From Lentisphaeria bacterium (GTDB taxonomy: Bacteria; Verrucomicrobiota; Lentisphaeria; Oligosphaerales; Oligosphaeraceae): a DNA stretch of 64,000 bases. The position numbers were made by a program, and so were the translations under genes. Numbering within the stretch: position 1 is the first letter of the stretch; the number at the start of each line of letters is the position of its first letter. This document shows, piece after piece, positions 10,301-18,560 of the stretch. The notes beneath the pieces are model-generated. The model had not been told where the DNA came from and did not search any database. It saw only the letters and a program-made list of their open reading frames with translations. The stretch lies in contig JAEDNW010000001.1 of assembly GCA_016302315.1 (NCBI GenBank), forward strand, positions 3,332-67,331, written 5' to 3'.

Positions 10301-11049
10301 CCCAGGGCCGATTCCTCCCCCGGCAGCTCCACCTGGTCCAGACTGGTATGGAAGGTGGTGTGACGGCAATGGTCGGACCAGTAGGTGTCGATGACCTTGA
10401 TCTCCGTGAAGGTGGGCTCCCGATGCTCCTCCGTCCGGAAATACTCCTGGACAAAGGCCAGATCCTGCGGGCTCATGGCCAGGCCCAGGCTCTTCACCAT
10501 CTCCTGAAGCGCCTCCGGAGAAAGATCCAGGAATCCCTCCATCACCCGGACATCCGCCGGAATCTCCGCCGTCATCTCCAGACTGGAAGGCTTCACCCCC
10601 ATCACCGCCTCCCGGCTCTCCACAGGGTTGATGATGTACTTCTTCACCCGGGCCACATCCTCGGCGGACAGCTCCCCGAAAAGGGCATACAGGGTGGCCG
10701 TCCGCACCAGGGGACGCTCCTTCTGGGTCAACAGCTGGATGCACTGGGCCGCCGAATCCGCCCGCACATCATACTGCCCCGGAAGATACTCCACCGCAAA
10801 CCAGAGGGCACCCGGAAACTCCGGATGGACATCCACGAAGACATCGTCGCAGTTGGGCTCCGACAACACGGAATCCCGGGCCCGCTGGAATTCCTCCTTG
10901 TTCAGACCGGAGAGATCGTAGCGTTTGAAAAGCCGCAGTCCCGTCAGCCCGGAAAGGCCGAGAGTCTCCCGGAGATCCGCCAGCAAATTGCGGGCCTCCA
11001 CATCAAAGCCAGGTCGCTTTTCAACGAACACACGAAATACGGTACTCAT
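7309..11049 (-). CDS. purL: phosphoribosylformylglycinamidine synthase, single-chain large form
   Basis: About 1246 aa from the ATG at 11049 (MSTVFRVFVEKRPGFDVEARNLL...). It has AIR-synthase-like repeats and a C-terminal glutamine amidotransferase (GFSGGDEPDGSGK, ICNGFQAL, HGEGRF). The track ORF start at 11172 adds 41 implausible residues. Confidence 0.92.
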   Translation of the reverse strand: MSTVFRVFVEKRPGFDVEARNLLADLRETLGLSGLTGLRLFKRYDLSGLNKEEFQRARDSVLSEPNCDDVFVDVHPEFPGALWFAVEYLPGQYDVRADSAAQCIQLLTQKERPLVRTATLYALFGELSAEDVARVKKYIINPVESREAVMGVKPSSLEMTAEIPADVRVMEGFLDLSPEALQEMVKSLGLAMSPQDLAFVQEYFRTEEHREPTFTEIKVIDTYWSDHCRHTTFHTSLDQVELPGEESALGAPIRAAFAKYLEIRKELGREEKTLCLMDAGTIGSRELKRQGKLANLDASEEINACSIEVEAEIDGRKEPWLVMFKNETHNHPTEIEPFGGAATCLGGAIRDPLSGRSYVYQAMRITGAGDPRVPVEETLPGKLPQRKITRTAAAGYSSYGNQIGLAAGKIQEYYHPGFVAKRLELGAVIAAAPKANVIRKQPEPGDVILLIGGRTGRDGCGGATGSSKAHTEESLQSCGAEVQKGNPLTERNIQRLFRRPEFSRLVKRCNDFGAGGVSVAIGELAPGLTIDLDAVPKKYAGLDGTELAISESQERMAVVVAPGDVEAALALSAQENLEATAVARVTGEGRLEMQWRGRPIVSISREFLDTNGVTQHTQVKVESPDAARNPFLPQPVQDLLPRWMDTIQELNVCSQKGLVERFDGTIGAASVLEPYGGKTRLTPSEAMVAKLPAMGHTECCTIMSHGYDPDVCSWSPFHGAIYAVVEALAKLAAAGGDASQARLSFQEYFEHLGGDPAKWGLPLAAVLGGLRAQLEFGTAAIGGKDSMSGTFERLTVPPSLVCFAVVAGDARQVVSPEFKGAGHPVTLLPVCRLADGTPDFEGLRRNFAALHGFIQEGKVLAAQTVGRGGMAAALSKMCFGNLVGFRGELPQDPGTLFTPDYGAILVESQEPLPGYPVVGCTTDDAAITVGAMRYPLYEAIPAWERPLEKIFPTRTGKTPLATWEPCAQRNGSKPAIRVAHPRVLIPVFPGTNCETDTARAFAQAGAIPEQILIRNLSAADIEDSVEKLVKAIRNAQIVAFPGGFSGGDEPDGSGKFIATTFRNPRVREAMDDLLHRRDGLALGICNGFQALIKLGLVPYGEILPSLEKDAPTLTFNTLGRHVATMARTVVASVKSPWLLHARVGDVHEVAISHGEGRFHATPQQVAELVAGGQVAFQYADLEGRPALEMPWNPNGSVNAIEGITSPDGRVLGKMGHSERTWDTNLGKNIPGNKDQGIFASGVEYFA

Positions 11050-11074
11050 AGGGATTTTCCAGGGAAGGAACAAC

Positions 11075-11132
11075 AAAAAAAGGGAGGGCGCACACGAAGC
11101 CGCGGCAAAGCAGGGAAATATAACGCCTCCCC
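11075..11132 (-). promoter_or_regulatory. terminator/attenuator-like hairpin plus T7 run in the purL leader
   Basis: The minus strand reads GGGGAGGCG-(33 nt)-CGCCCTCCC followed by TTTTTTTG, ending 25 nt before the purL ATG. A T7 run stands out in this GC-rich DNA. Confidence 0.35.
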
Positions 11133-11519
11133 CCTGGCCTACGACTTCCCCCCTCCCGCCAGCCACACACACATCCCCCCCCCCAACGCCACCACCGTGG
11201 CGGGGTTCGGGGTGGAGGGAATAGCGCAGGATACGGGGGATCTTCCCGTGCCTCGCCCCCCGTCCCGTGGAACGTGGTCTGGGACGTATGCGCGTACGCG
11301 CGCGGGGAAATTAGGTTCCCCGCTCCCCCATCCCGCCATCCCCTGTAGGATAAATCCTTCTAGAAGTACCGTCGAAAAATGGGTCGCCAGCGCTCGAAAC
11401 TCTCATGAACGCTTGCCCATATCGGCCCATGTGCGGGAACCCTTTGTCCCCCCCCTCCCGGGGCACGGGATGCATTCCGGGGGACAGGGGGGAAACCTTT
11501 CCCTGGGGGCGGGGGTTGT

Positions 11520-12200
11520 TTACGTTGTGGTGGTTATCTTCATGAAATCCAGAATCATCTTCTGGGGTTTCTGTTCCGGGAACTCGATCCGGTAGGGAAT
11601 GCCCTGTTTTTGGAAGATGGGATCCAGGAACTGCAGGATTCCCTCTTCCAGTTCCTGGAGGGGCAATTCCTTTTTCTGGAGCATATCCATGAGGACATCC
11701 TGCTTCAGGGAAGCCAGGCGCTGCTGGAGTTCATGGTCCTGGTCCTCCACCAATCCCCGGAGGAACATAAGGCCGGTTCGTTTGGTGACCGAGGAGTAGG
11801 TTTCCGGGCGGAGGGAGAGAGTGAGGATGCGGGGATGGGGGAAGCGGATCACCACGGTGCCATCCTCTTCCTGGTAGACGTCCTCCTGGGAGAGTTCGCT
11901 CATATCGAAGCCATAGAAGACATCCGCCAGGATGGTGCCCTGGGATTCCTCAATGCCATACCAGGCGGCTTTGGTGGAGCCCAGATTCGCCTGCCACTCC
12001 TGTTTCTGGGTGGTGAGGAAGCTGAGTTTTTCCGTGCGCAGCACATCCCAGGTCATCTGCACTCTCTGAGAGGGGGTGGAGGCCCAGATCCCCCAGAGGA
12101 GGAAGCCAGCGGCGGCCACCACCAGGAGCATGATTCCCAGGATGAGCCAGGCCATTCCCATCTGCCCTCGGGAAGAGGGGGATTCTTTCTGCAGTTTCAT
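11520..12200 (-). CDS. single-pass membrane protein, function unknown (DUF4230-like)
   Basis: Likely start is MKLQKE at 12200, which forms an ATGA overlap with the murC stop. One TM helix is present (MAWLILGIMLLVVAAAGFLLWGIW), followed by a soluble domain containing a YGFDMSEL motif. Confidence 0.55.
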   Translation of the reverse strand: MKLQKESPSSRGQMGMAWLILGIMLLVVAAAGFLLWGIWASTPSQRVQMTWDVLRTEKLSFLTTQKQEWQANLGSTKAAWYGIEESQGTILADVFYGFDMSELSQEDVYQEEDGTVVIRFPHPRILTLSLRPETYSSVTKRTGLMFLRGLVEDQDHELQQRLASLKQDVLMDMLQKKELPLQELEEGILQFLDPIFQKQGIPYRIEFPEQKPQKMILDFMKITTTT

Positions 12201-13630
12201 TTGGGTTCTCCCGGTTGCGGGGTCCATTGTTCCGCCAGTTCCCGGGTCCATTCCCGGAGGGAGGCATCCCGTGCCCCGAGGATGAGCCAGGCGCGGAAGG
12301 TTCCCTGGCGCAGGGCGGCCTCCGCCCCGGGGCGTCCTTCCTGGAATTCCGCGGGAAGGCCTTCCTGGGCAAAGCGCCGGGCCACCTCCTGGGAGGTGGG
12401 GGAAAATGCCACGGTGCCGCCCGCATAGTAGACGGGTAGCAGGAAGAGGCGGTCTTCGGGCAGGAGACAGGCCTTCAGCTGCTCCCGGAGAGGTTCTTCC
12501 ATGAAGCGCAGGGCACCGAAGCCATGGGGCTGGAAGACGATGCCCAGGGGAGAGCCGAAGCGTTCCCGGGCGGCGGAGATGGCGGCGGAGATTTTCTCCG
12601 GATTATGGGCGTAGTCGTTGACGATGCCGGGAGCATCCGACCGCGTAGGGAAGATCTCGAAGCGCTGGCGCACCCCCTGGAATCCCGCCATGGCCTCCCC
12701 GATTTCCTCCGGGGAGGTTTCCGGCAGAGCCATGCGGAGGAGTTGGCAGACGGCCAGGCCATTGAGGGCATTGTGCCGTCCGGAGAGCCGGCTCCGGAGG
12801 CGTATGCCCTCCGGTCCCAGGAAGGAGATTCCCTGGGGATTGGCGGAATATTCCCGGGCCTGGCCGGGGAATGTGCGGCATTCTGCGGAGATGGGGGAGG
12901 CGGCCAGTTCAGGCAGGGATTCGGGGCGCAGGGCGCCTTTGCGGCAGCGTCCCAGGAACCCTTGGAAGACCTGGACCAATTCCTCGGTGCTGTAGTGATC
13001 GTCCCCCACATTCAGCACCACACCGTAGTCCGGGGAGAATTCCCGGATGGAGCGGTCGCTTTCATCGATTTCCACCACAGTAAACTGGGGGGTGGCGATG
13101 CCCGGGGTGGCATAGAAATTTCCGGGGCTCGTGGGGGTTTCCCATTCCGGGAGATAGCCTCCGTTCACCAGAACCAGGGAGTGTCCCAGGCGTCGCAAGG
13201 CGGAGCCCAGCCAGCCGGTGACCGTGGTTTTGCCGCAGGTCCCCGCCACCCCGATGAGGGTCCCCCGGGTCTGGGCGCAAAGCCGGGAGAGGGCCAGGGC
13301 GCGGTGAAAGACAGGCAGATGGGGCATGGCCAGGGCATCGGGATTTCCCGGTTCAATGGCCGTAGTGAAGACGAAGCCGTCGGGCCGGAAGGCCTGGGGA
13401 CCGCTGCCGTCCTGAGGAAAAACCGGGATCCCCTGGCTCTCTAAAGCCCGGAAGAGAAACTGGCGGGAGGGTTCCTGCCAGCCCCGGTCGCTGCCGGCCA
13501 CCTCGTATCCCTGATGCTTCAAAAACTGGGCCAGCCCGCTCATGCCGATTCCCCCGATGCCCACGAGAAAGAGTCGGGCCGGGGGCGGGGGAAAGTCCTG
13601 GGAAAAGACAATGGGAGAGGAATCAAACAT
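12197..13630 (-). CDS. murC: UDP-N-acetylmuramate--L-alanine ligase
   Basis: The N-terminal FLVGIGGIGMSGLAQFL..GYEV.GSD and the P-loop GVAGTCGKTT are MurC-type rather than Mpl-type. Start is the ATG at 13630 (MFDSSPIVF). Confidence 0.85.
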   Translation of the reverse strand: MFDSSPIVFSQDFPPPPARLFLVGIGGIGMSGLAQFLKHQGYEVAGSDRGWQEPSRQFLFRALESQGIPVFPQDGSGPQAFRPDGFVFTTAIEPGNPDALAMPHLPVFHRALALSRLCAQTRGTLIGVAGTCGKTTVTGWLGSALRRLGHSLVLVNGGYLPEWETPTSPGNFYATPGIATPQFTVVEIDESDRSIREFSPDYGVVLNVGDDHYSTEELVQVFQGFLGRCRKGALRPESLPELAASPISAECRTFPGQAREYSANPQGISFLGPEGIRLRSRLSGRHNALNGLAVCQLLRMALPETSPEEIGEAMAGFQGVRQRFEIFPTRSDAPGIVNDYAHNPEKISAAISAARERFGSPLGIVFQPHGFGALRFMEEPLREQLKACLLPEDRLFLLPVYYAGGTVAFSPTSQEVARRFAQEGLPAEFQEGRPGAEAALRQGTFRAWLILGARDASLREWTRELAEQWTPQPGEPK

Positions 13631-13680
13631 GGAAGGATTCGCAGGGAAGGCGCGGAAGGAAGAACGGGGAGGAGGAGGGG

Positions 13681-14307
13681 CTACCCTCTTCGGGCAGAGC
13701 GGCAGGGACGGATGGACGCCAGCTGGGAAACGGAAAGCTGCTGCCATCCGGGGGCGGCAAGCAGGCTTTCCAGCAGGGTGGCGCAGGCCACCGCATCGTA
13801 GAAGGCATCATGGGCACTTAAGCCGGGGCACCGCTTCTGCAGCACCGGCAAAAGCCCCAGGGAAGGCACCAGATTCTCCAGTTTGTAGTCCTTCTGACCG
13901 GGGAAGGCCGCCCGGGCCAGGGTCAGAGTGTCCACCCAGGGGCCAAAAGACTGGAGGGGAAACTCCTGGGACAAGATTCCCCGCTCCGTGGAAATGTTGT
14001 GAGCCACCAGGGGGCGCCCCTGAAGGAGGGGGCGGAGGACGGGCCACAGTTCCTGGAGGGTGGGGGCACAAGCCAGCTCCTCCCGCAGTCTGGCCCATCG
14101 ACCCGGGGTGTAGGGATTGAAGGGATAGTCCCGTGGCACCCGGAGCAGGGAGGTGAAGGAGCGGGCGAGATTCACCCTGCCCTGCTGAAGGACCACCACA
14201 CCGATTTGCCAGGGGAGATTTTGCTCCTCCGTGGCTGCCCCGGTGGTTTCAAAGTCCAGGGCGACGGCCTCCGTCAAGGCCAGAGGGATATCCGGAATCA
14301 GAGCCAT
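13681..14307 (-). CDS. DnaQ-like (DEDDh) 3'-5' exonuclease
   Basis: From the ATG at 14307 (MALIPDIP...). Exo I is ALDFETTG, Exo II is LVAHNISTE, and Exo III is HDAFYDAVACATL. The upstream 78 residues of the track ORF overlap the GT2 gene and look non-coding. Confidence 0.75.
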   Translation of the reverse strand: MALIPDIPLALTEAVALDFETTGAATEEQNLPWQIGVVVLQQGRVNLARSFTSLLRVPRDYPFNPYTPGRWARLREELACAPTLQELWPVLRPLLQGRPLVAHNISTERGILSQEFPLQSFGPWVDTLTLARAAFPGQKDYKLENLVPSLGLLPVLQKRCPGLSAHDAFYDAVACATLLESLLAAPGWQQLSVSQLASIRPCRSARRG

Positions 14308-15011
14308 CGTTCCCAGAAGAGGTCGGTGAGGATTTCCAGGGCGGCCCAGGCGCGCTGTCCCTTTTGTCTGGCATATTTGGGATAGGTCACATGGACCGGG
14401 AGTTCCCGGAGGGTGAGATGATTTCGTCGGATCTGGAGGAGGATTTCCGTAGCATGAGCCATGCGGTCCTCCCGCAGTCGGATTTTCGTCAGGGCCTGGG
14501 GCGTCAGGAGTCGGAAGCCGTTGTGGGCATCCGTCAGCCAAAGTCCTGTCAGGACGCCATTGACCCAGCGGGCCAGTTTCAGGAGAGTCCGGCGGGAGGC
14601 GGGAATGACCTGGAGATCCTCCTGCCGGAGGAATCGGGAGCCCAGGATCACCTGGGCGCCGCTTTCCCGCTGTAGCTGCAGGGCCCGGGGGATGGCCGCC
14701 GCCTCGTGCTGTCCGTCGGCATCAAAGTGGATCACCGCCTGGGCGCCCTTTTCCCGGGCATAGTCCCCTCCCGTCTGCAGGGCGGCCCCCTGGCCGCGGT
14801 TGATCTCGTGACGGAGGATGGTCACCGGGAGGGACGGAAGAGCCAGAGGGACGGGAGAGCCATCGTCCACCAGCACCACGGAATATCCCTGCTCCACCAG
14901 GGGGCGGACTGTGCGTTCCACCACGGCGGGATCCTCCCGGTAGCAGGGAATGACCACGTAAATGTCCTGGGGTCTCCAGGGAGTCGGGGATGTCTTCGGG
15001 GCGCTACTCAT
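14298..15011 (-). CDS. family 2 glycosyltransferase
   Basis: 237 aa with IYVVIPCYRED...VVLVDDGS...FDADGQH, the classic GT2 (GT-A fold) DxD-type motifs. Confidence 0.85.
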   Translation of the reverse strand: MSSAPKTSPTPWRPQDIYVVIPCYREDPAVVERTVRPLVEQGYSVVLVDDGSPVPLALPSLPVTILRHEINRGQGAALQTGGDYAREKGAQAVIHFDADGQHEAAAIPRALQLQRESGAQVILGSRFLRQEDLQVIPASRRTLLKLARWVNGVLTGLWLTDAHNGFRLLTPQALTKIRLREDRMAHATEILLQIRRNHLTLRELPVHVTYPKYARQKGQRAWAALEILTDLFWERWL

Positions 15012-18000
15012 GGGAAGGCGTCTCCAGGAAATAGGCCCGTCCCATCTGCCACCTCTCCGTCCTTTGCCACCCTTCCGGCGTAGGAGCCCAGGAGGAGCCC
15101 TGGGGGGGCGTCTCCTCTCCCAGGAGAGGGCCGGTGAAGGGAAGACCGGCGGGGCGAGCAGACGCAGGCGTCAGCCTGAGGGAACCCTCCCCCTCCTCCC
15201 AGGCGGGCCCGGGCAGCACCCAGAATCCCGTTCCCCCGGGCAGAATTCCCTCTTCCCGGAGGGGCACAAAGGCCCCGTGGTCATAGACATAGATCGCCGT
15301 TGTGTCCAGGGCCTGGCGGAGGGCCGCCAGGGACACATCTCCCGGCAGAGACAGGGCGCTATAGCGTACCAGGGGAATCTCCTGCCAGCATCCCGCCAGG
15401 GCGGCCAGCATTTTTTCCTGGGGGGTAGCGGGAGCCTGGGGCGCCAGGGAGGCATCCCGGAGCAGAGCCGAGGAGACGGAGAGTTCCGGCAGGGGCTGGA
15501 GTTGGATCAGGAGGGTGGTTGCCGCCGTTTCCCCGGCCTGGTCTGTGACCCGGAGGGTGAGGGAATACTCTCCCGGGAGAGCCGTCAGGGGAGGCGTGAG
15601 GCGGAGCCATCCCTCCTGGCCTCCCTCCTGGCCCACGGTGACCCAGGCGGGGGATCCCTCGTCCAGAGAGTAGGTCAGCACATCGGGGGGATCGTCCGCC
15701 AGATCGGGATCCTGGGCGGACAGGGCGAGTTCCCGTTCCTCTCCCCCGGTGAGCGTGAGAAGCTGGGGGAAGTCCTGGGGCCAGCAAGGAGGATCATTCA
15801 CCGGGGTGATAGTGAGATTCCAGGCGGCGGTTCCCTCCCACTCTCCGTCAGAGAGTCCGAGAGTGAAGGAATCCGTTCCATGGAAATCGGGATTTCCCTG
15901 ATAGTAGACCCGGGGGAAAGAGAGGCGGGTATCGGGGGGAGCCAGGCGGAGCGTTCCCTGGGCGGGAGGGACAACCACCCAGAGGGCCACCCCGTCGCCA
16001 TCCTCATCCAAGAGAGGGGTGAGACGCAGATTGGTCTCCGGGGCATCCTCTGTCAGGGGATTCAAGGCGGTGATGGAGAACTGGGGGGCACGATTGGACC
16101 AGAGAGGATCCTCCCAGAGATAGAGATTCCAATGCCCATTTTCCGCCGGCTCCCTGCCCCCCTGCTCCATGTCCGCACAGGTGGAGAAGGCAATCTGCCT
16201 GCCGGAGGGAGAGATGGCCAGGCTTCGGGGAGGCAGCACAGCCTCCGGGGCCAGACACACCACCTCCGGAGAATCGGAAAGGAGATCCCACACCCCAACG
16301 CGTTGCCGGCTTTCTCCCTCTGGCACATAGAGGAAGGCCAGCCGACGGCCATTGGCGGAAAGGCAAAGCTGGGTAGCGTCCTCGGGGAGGGGAAGAAGAG
16401 TGAGGCGGGATGCGCTGGCCGAGAAGGGGGCCTGAAGGAGATAAAATGCCCCGCCCTCCTCCTGAAAGAGAACCTTCCCTCCATCCTGGGTCATGCCCCA
16501 GAGGACCGCGACGGAGCGGGGGCTAAGGGAGACAGGTGTGGCGCCGGCGCCTCCCAGGCGCCCCATGAGCTTCGTGCCCTCCTGCCAGAGGAGGGTGGTG
16601 CCATTGGCGGAGAGGAAGGGGGAAGTCGCGGAGGCGGAGAGGCTCTCCCAGGAAGCCCCCCCGTCGGAAGAGAAGCGGAGTTCCCCAGTGGCCAGCAGGG
16701 CGGCCACCGCCCCATTCCGGGAGACCGCCAGAGCCCCGGGTTCCTGGAGATGGGGAGAGGCCTCCACGCAGACCCCGTTGCGGAACAAGGCACCGTCCTT
16801 CTCCCGGATCCAGAAGGAGGCTTGGGGACAGCCTTGGGCCCAGGTCACGGCCTCCCCGGGGGAGAACAGGCTCCAGGAGGCCCCTGCATGGGTCTCCCGT
16901 CCGTAGAGGAAGGGTTCTTCCGCCGCTTCTCCCGCCAGCGGGGCATTGGTCACCGTCTGCAGCAGGCCGTCCTGGGGGAAGAAGAGAGCGGGATAGCGAT
17001 AGAGGGTTTCTGAGGAAGAGAGGCCATCCGTCAGGCATCGGAAATCCGTAAAGAGGAGGGTCAGGGCGCAGACATCTCCGGAATCCAGCCCCAGGCGCAG
17101 GATGACCTGTCCGGTCTTTCCTGGGGTTGTGGCCGCCACAGACCAGGGAAGAGTCTCCCGAGAGACCTCCTCCCCGGGAAGAATCTCCGCCCCTGTGGAG
17201 GAGAGAATCGCGAAGGGAACCGGGTCGGAGCCTTCCCCCATCTCCCAATGCAGGGTGGTGGTCTCCTCGCTTCCTCCTAGGCCAATTCCCAGGGAGATCT
17301 CCCGTCCTCCCGTAGGCACATGAACCAGGGAGTTCTCCACGCCGATCCTGGCGCCCAGATCCCGGGAGAAAAGCTCTCCTTCCTTGTCCAGCCAAGCCGC
17401 AAAGCGTCCATTGGGAGAGAAGAGGCAATGGGGGCCGGATTGGGCGGTGACCTCAGGGAACGAAAGCTCTTCCGCCAGAATCTGGAGGGCCTCCGCCTGT
17501 CGATCCCAGAGACAGAGGGTCGTCTCGGTGCGGAAGAGAAGGAAGCGTCCATCCTGGGAGAAGGCGGGTTCCCAGGCCTTTCCCGGGGAGATCCAAGAAT
17601 ATTTCCAGGTTCCGTCCTTTTGGAGGGTTGCCAGGCGGAGACGCATTCCCCGGGCGCCATCCACGGCGGGATAGGCCAAGGCGTCCCCGGCAGAGGAGGC
17701 GGCGATCCAGAAGAGATTGGCCTGATACTCCCCGGAATAGACCCCCAACTCCTGGCGACGCCCCAAAAGCTCCACCAGCGCATTCTCTCCCGTGGTCAGA
17801 TTCTGCCTCCGCAGGCCCATCTGCTCCTGCTCCTCCTGGGAGAGATAAACCAGCCCATCATCCGTTCTCACCGGGCGCATTCCCGTGTCCTTCGGCAAGG
17901 CCTCAACGATCTCCTCCGTCATCGCCCCCGGCCCCGAGGGCCAACGTCGCTTCCATAGACCCTCCCCAGCCCCCCGATAGACCCACAGCTCCCGATTCCC

Positions 18001-18435
18001 CTCCTCCTCCCGAACCCAAAGCTCTCTCCACGTGCTCTCTCCCATCATGGTCTGGAGACCATCCCCCCCTTGCCAAAGCAGGCGCATGACCCAATTCTGT
18101 CCCGTGGCATCCGTGGGCTCCCGGCGCAGCCCCCAAAACTCCCCCGCCTGAACGCCACTCCCCATGCGCAACACCCGCCAAGACCACCCAAAGGGATTGG
18201 GCACCGGCTCGCTGGCAAGGCAGGAAACACACTCCCCCGTCAATAGGGAAAGGGAATAGCCCCCCACAAAGGAATCCCCCTTCCCCGAAGGCGTCCCCCG
18301 AAACCACAACTCCCCCTTGTCTCCCAAACTCTCCAAGGATTGAATGCGCCCCACCCCCGCAACTTCCCACTGTCCTAAGGAAACTAGGGAAAAACAGAGC
18401 ATCAAAACCAAGATGAGTGGCAGAAATCGGCGCAT
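15004..18435 (-). CDS. secreted protein with TolB/PD40-like beta-propeller repeats and cadherin-like modules
   Basis: 1143 aa. Signal peptide MRRFLPLILVLMLCFSLVSLGQ. Repeated PD40-like strings (FSPNGRFAAWLD, FSQDGRFLLFR, LSANGRRLAFLY, ISPSGRQIAFST). VNDPP-delimited modules (TITPVNDPPCWPQ, DPDLADDPPDVLTYSL). Confidence 0.6.
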   Translation of the reverse strand: MRRFLPLILVLMLCFSLVSLGQWEVAGVGRIQSLESLGDKGELWFRGTPSGKGDSFVGGYSLSLLTGECVSCLASEPVPNPFGWSWRVLRMGSGVQAGEFWGLRREPTDATGQNWVMRLLWQGGDGLQTMMGESTWRELWVREEEGNRELWVYRGAGEGLWKRRWPSGPGAMTEEIVEALPKDTGMRPVRTDDGLVYLSQEEQEQMGLRRQNLTTGENALVELLGRRQELGVYSGEYQANLFWIAASSAGDALAYPAVDGARGMRLRLATLQKDGTWKYSWISPGKAWEPAFSQDGRFLLFRTETTLCLWDRQAEALQILAEELSFPEVTAQSGPHCLFSPNGRFAAWLDKEGELFSRDLGARIGVENSLVHVPTGGREISLGIGLGGSEETTTLHWEMGEGSDPVPFAILSSTGAEILPGEEVSRETLPWSVAATTPGKTGQVILRLGLDSGDVCALTLLFTDFRCLTDGLSSSETLYRYPALFFPQDGLLQTVTNAPLAGEAAEEPFLYGRETHAGASWSLFSPGEAVTWAQGCPQASFWIREKDGALFRNGVCVEASPHLQEPGALAVSRNGAVAALLATGELRFSSDGGASWESLSASATSPFLSANGTTLLWQEGTKLMGRLGGAGATPVSLSPRSVAVLWGMTQDGGKVLFQEEGGAFYLLQAPFSASASRLTLLPLPEDATQLCLSANGRRLAFLYVPEGESRQRVGVWDLLSDSPEVVCLAPEAVLPPRSLAISPSGRQIAFSTCADMEQGGREPAENGHWNLYLWEDPLWSNRAPQFSITALNPLTEDAPETNLRLTPLLDEDGDGVALWVVVPPAQGTLRLAPPDTRLSFPRVYYQGNPDFHGTDSFTLGLSDGEWEGTAAWNLTITPVNDPPCWPQDFPQLLTLTGGEERELALSAQDPDLADDPPDVLTYSLDEGSPAWVTVGQEGGQEGWLRLTPPLTALPGEYSLTLRVTDQAGETAATTLLIQLQPLPELSVSSALLRDASLAPQAPATPQEKMLAALAGCWQEIPLVRYSALSLPGDVSLAALRQALDTTAIYVYDHGAFVPLREEGILPGGTGFWVLPGPAWEEGEGSLRLTPASARPAGLPFTGPLLGEETPPQGSSWAPTPEGWQRTERWQMGRAYFLETPSHE

Positions 18436-18471
18436 GTCGTGGAGGATAATAAAAAAAGATATAACTTGTTT

Positions 18472-18499
18472 ATTATGAATATGCTATGACAATTTTCAA
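18472..18499 (-). promoter_or_regulatory. candidate sigma-70-type promoter (TTGAAA-N16-CATAAT) for the 1143-aa gene
   Basis: The minus strand reads GGTTGAAAATTGTCATAGCATATTCATAATAAAC. It lies in an AT-rich island 37-64 nt upstream of the ATG at 18435. Confidence 0.45.
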
Positions 18500-18560
18500 C
18501 CCTCTGGGGATTTTTTTAGCATTTCGAGAGAGAGAGAGGTGTGGTGGGGCAGAGAAACAG

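Noticed and set aside
11195-11215. tRNA-like T-loop string GGGGTTCGGGG in the purL upstream region
   Set aside because: No acceptor, D or anticodon arms can be drawn around it on either strand. It is part of a simple GC-rich hairpin.
11379-11400. Plus-strand GGGTCGCCAGCGCTCGAAAC, resembling the 5' core of the ZTP (pfl) riboswitch
   Set aside because: It is on the wrong strand for purL, and there is no plus-strand gene downstream. I could not find the second ZTP sub-domain (CCGCCUGGGC-like).
18526-18538. (GA)6-7 dinucleotide microsatellite between the operon terminator and the promoter of the next gene
   Set aside because: It is short and lies outside the -35/-10 spacer, so a length change would not alter the promoter geometry I can define. 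It is noted only as a possible strain-variable site.
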